This document shows, one piece after another, positions 62,040-64,000 of a stretch of 64,000 nucleotides of DNA. Source of the stretch: Chiloscyllium plagiosum. Taxonomy: Eukaryota. The notes under the pieces were generated by a model. That model did not search any database. It was given only the letters and a program-made list of their open reading frames with translations, and was not told where the DNA came from. Both the position numbers and the translations under genes were made by a program. The stretch is taken from NCBI RefSeq assembly GCF_004010195.1, contig NC_057720.1, positions 56,467,165-56,531,164 on the forward strand, written 5' to 3'. Numbering within the stretch: the stretch's first letter is position 1; each line of letters opens with the position of its first letter.

Positions 62040-62392
62040 TTCACTTCTTCTCTGATTCATAGGGAGAGTGGCGTGTCTACCACGTAAAAGGCACACTTCA
62101 GCAGCTCACCAAAGTGCCTTTTGTCAGCACTTTCCAAACTTGCAACTTTGATCATTTGGAAGGATAAGGGTAGTAGGCACATTGAAACACTATCACTTTC
62201 AAATCCATGTTCCAGACGATCCTGACTTGGAATTACGTCGCTCCATTGTTGCAGGGGCAAATTTCTGGAGCTCCCAAACAAGTGTGTGTACACATACACA
62301 TGAACTGGCTCACTACCACCATCTCAAGGGCAATTAGGGAGAGATAAATTCTGGCCTCGGCACTGATGTCCACTTCTTGTGAAATAATAAAA
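62040..62392 (+). mobile_element. 3' UTR of the CR1 family seen at 40810-42442
   Basis: Homologous to 42060-42440 (cctgacttggaa...ctcactaccaccatctcaagggcaattaggga). Confidence 0.65.
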
Positions 62393-62475
62393 GTAAGTAA
62401 TACTGGAGGAAGAGGTAAAATATGGCAAGCAGCCATTTCTCATTCTGCACTTTTATGCATTATTATAAATCAACA

Positions 62476-63163
62476 AGGGAGTGTTGTTGAACAAAGAGAC
62501 CTTGGAGTGCAGGTTCATAGCTCCTTGAAAGTAGAGTCACAGATAGATAGGATAGTGAAGGCGTTTGTTATGCTTTCCTTTATTGGTCAGAGTATAGAGT
62601 ACAGAAGTTGGGAGGTCATGTTGCGGCTGTACAGGACATTGGTTCGGCCACTTTTGGAATATTGCACGCAATTCTTGTCTCCTTCCTATCAGAAGGATGT
62701 TCTGAAACTTGAAAGGGTTGTGAAAAGATTTACAAGGATGTTGCCAGGATTGGAGGATTTGAGCTATAGGGAGAGGCTGAATTGGCTGGGGCTGTTTTCC
62801 CTGGAGTGTCAGTGGATGTGGGGTGGACCTTATACAGATTTATAAAATCATGAGGGGGGTTGGGTGGAGTCCAGAACTAGAGGACATAGGCTTAGGGTGA
62901 GAGGGGAAAAGATATAAAACAGATCTAAGGGGCAATTTTTTCATGCAGAGGGTGGTACATGTATGGAATGGGCTGCCAGAGTAAGTGGTGGAGGCTAGTA
63001 CAATTGCAACATTTAAAAGGCATCTGGATGGGTATATGAGTAGGAAGCATTTAGAGCGATATGGACCACGTGCTGGCGGATGGGGATAGATTGCGTTGAG
63101 ATATCTGGTCAGCATAAATGAGTTGGACTGAAAGGTCTGTTTCCATGCTGTACATCTCTATAA
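62476..63163 (+). mobile_element. HER1-like LINE 3' fragment
   Basis: GSVVEQRDLGVQVHSSLKVESQ...RFTRMLPGLEDLSY (ORF 62366-62845) and a 3' UTR ending catctctata. Confidence 0.92.
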
Positions 63164-63164
63164 C

Positions 63165-63425
63165 ATGGATGTTTATCCTAATGGGACAGTCCAAGACCAG
63201 ACTGCGTTACCTCAGAATAAAGGGACACTAATTTAAGACTGAAATGAGGAGGCATTTATTCTCAAGAGTCTTTAAAACTCCTTGCCACAGAGAACCATGG
63301 GGCTCTTGTGCAAATTTAAGGCCGAGAGATTCTTGATCAGTAGGGGAATCAAGGGTTACAGGAAAGTGGCAGGGAAGTAACGTGAGGAATGTGGCATCAG
63401 TCATGATCCTATTGAATGGCCTAAC
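63165..63425 (+). mobile_element. CR1 3' end (different family)
   Basis: tttaagactgaaatgaggagg...cagtcatgatcctattgaatggc, typical of the CR1 tails seen at 3250 and 6045. Confidence 0.6.
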
Positions 63426-64000
63426 ATGTGGACTATCCTGAGACTAAGGCATATTTTTAACTATTATCTCAGTTGGTATTACCAGAAGTATGTTACTGCT
63501 CACAGGCAAGATTACACTTTCCTTTCCCCTACCCATCTGGGCTTGCAAATTTTGTATTAGTGTCTCTTTGAATCTAGCACAGCAGCCCCTCAAATTACAG
63601 AATTTTGTTTTGTCTTCATGTTATGTCAGCTTCAGGAACACGTAACTGTAGGGGAAAACAAACGAGGATGACTATTCCTGAGTTGTGAATAGGCTTTCCC
63701 ACCAGTTAAGTTGGTAAATCCATTGCATCGAACCAAGGCCCTGGCAACAACTACAAGTTTCAGCTTTTAGTCTCTGCTTGATTACCCTGTCTTAATAAGT
63801 CTTTAAGAAAATTTGCAAATGTCATTAATAACATCTTGGGTTAAAGTGTGGTCAAAATTGGCCAGCTTACCTGCTCCTGATCACTTCCCAGTGACACATG
63901 CTATAATGTGACTGTGGAAATCAGGTTTGGAATTAGCTATAATATATCCATAGCCAACACTTATTGTGCAGGTTCCACATGAACAATGACTACTTGTATG

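Overview
Vertebrate genomic DNA dominated by transposable elements, almost certainly from a shark or ray (inference from HE1-type V-SINEs, their partner HER1/CR1 LINEs and the other repeat families). I found no host protein-coding exon I can support. The main feature is a complete but degraded 8.9 kb endogenous retrovirus on the minus strand (51495-60387). It has paired TG...CA LTRs, a 4-bp GCAT target-site duplication, a tRNA-His primer-binding site, gag-pro-pol-env, and a gamma-type Env, which together suggest a Class I, epsilon-like virus. Its pol carries an extra ~170-codon insert between protease and RT with two HxT motifs, resembling a 2H phosphoesterase, a candidate viral nucleotide-signal or RNA-end processing enzyme. 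The rest of the window is a nested mosaic: CR1/HER1 and L2 LINE fragments, at least three tRNA-derived SINE families, a Harbinger relic, a Gypsy integrase scrap, and several Penelope-like remnants. The Penelope remnants carry minimal hammerhead ribozyme motifs and fold-back insertions, one of which has captured an inverted copy of nearby DNA. There is one 326-N assembly gap. Boundaries of old repeats are approximate and were set by eye.
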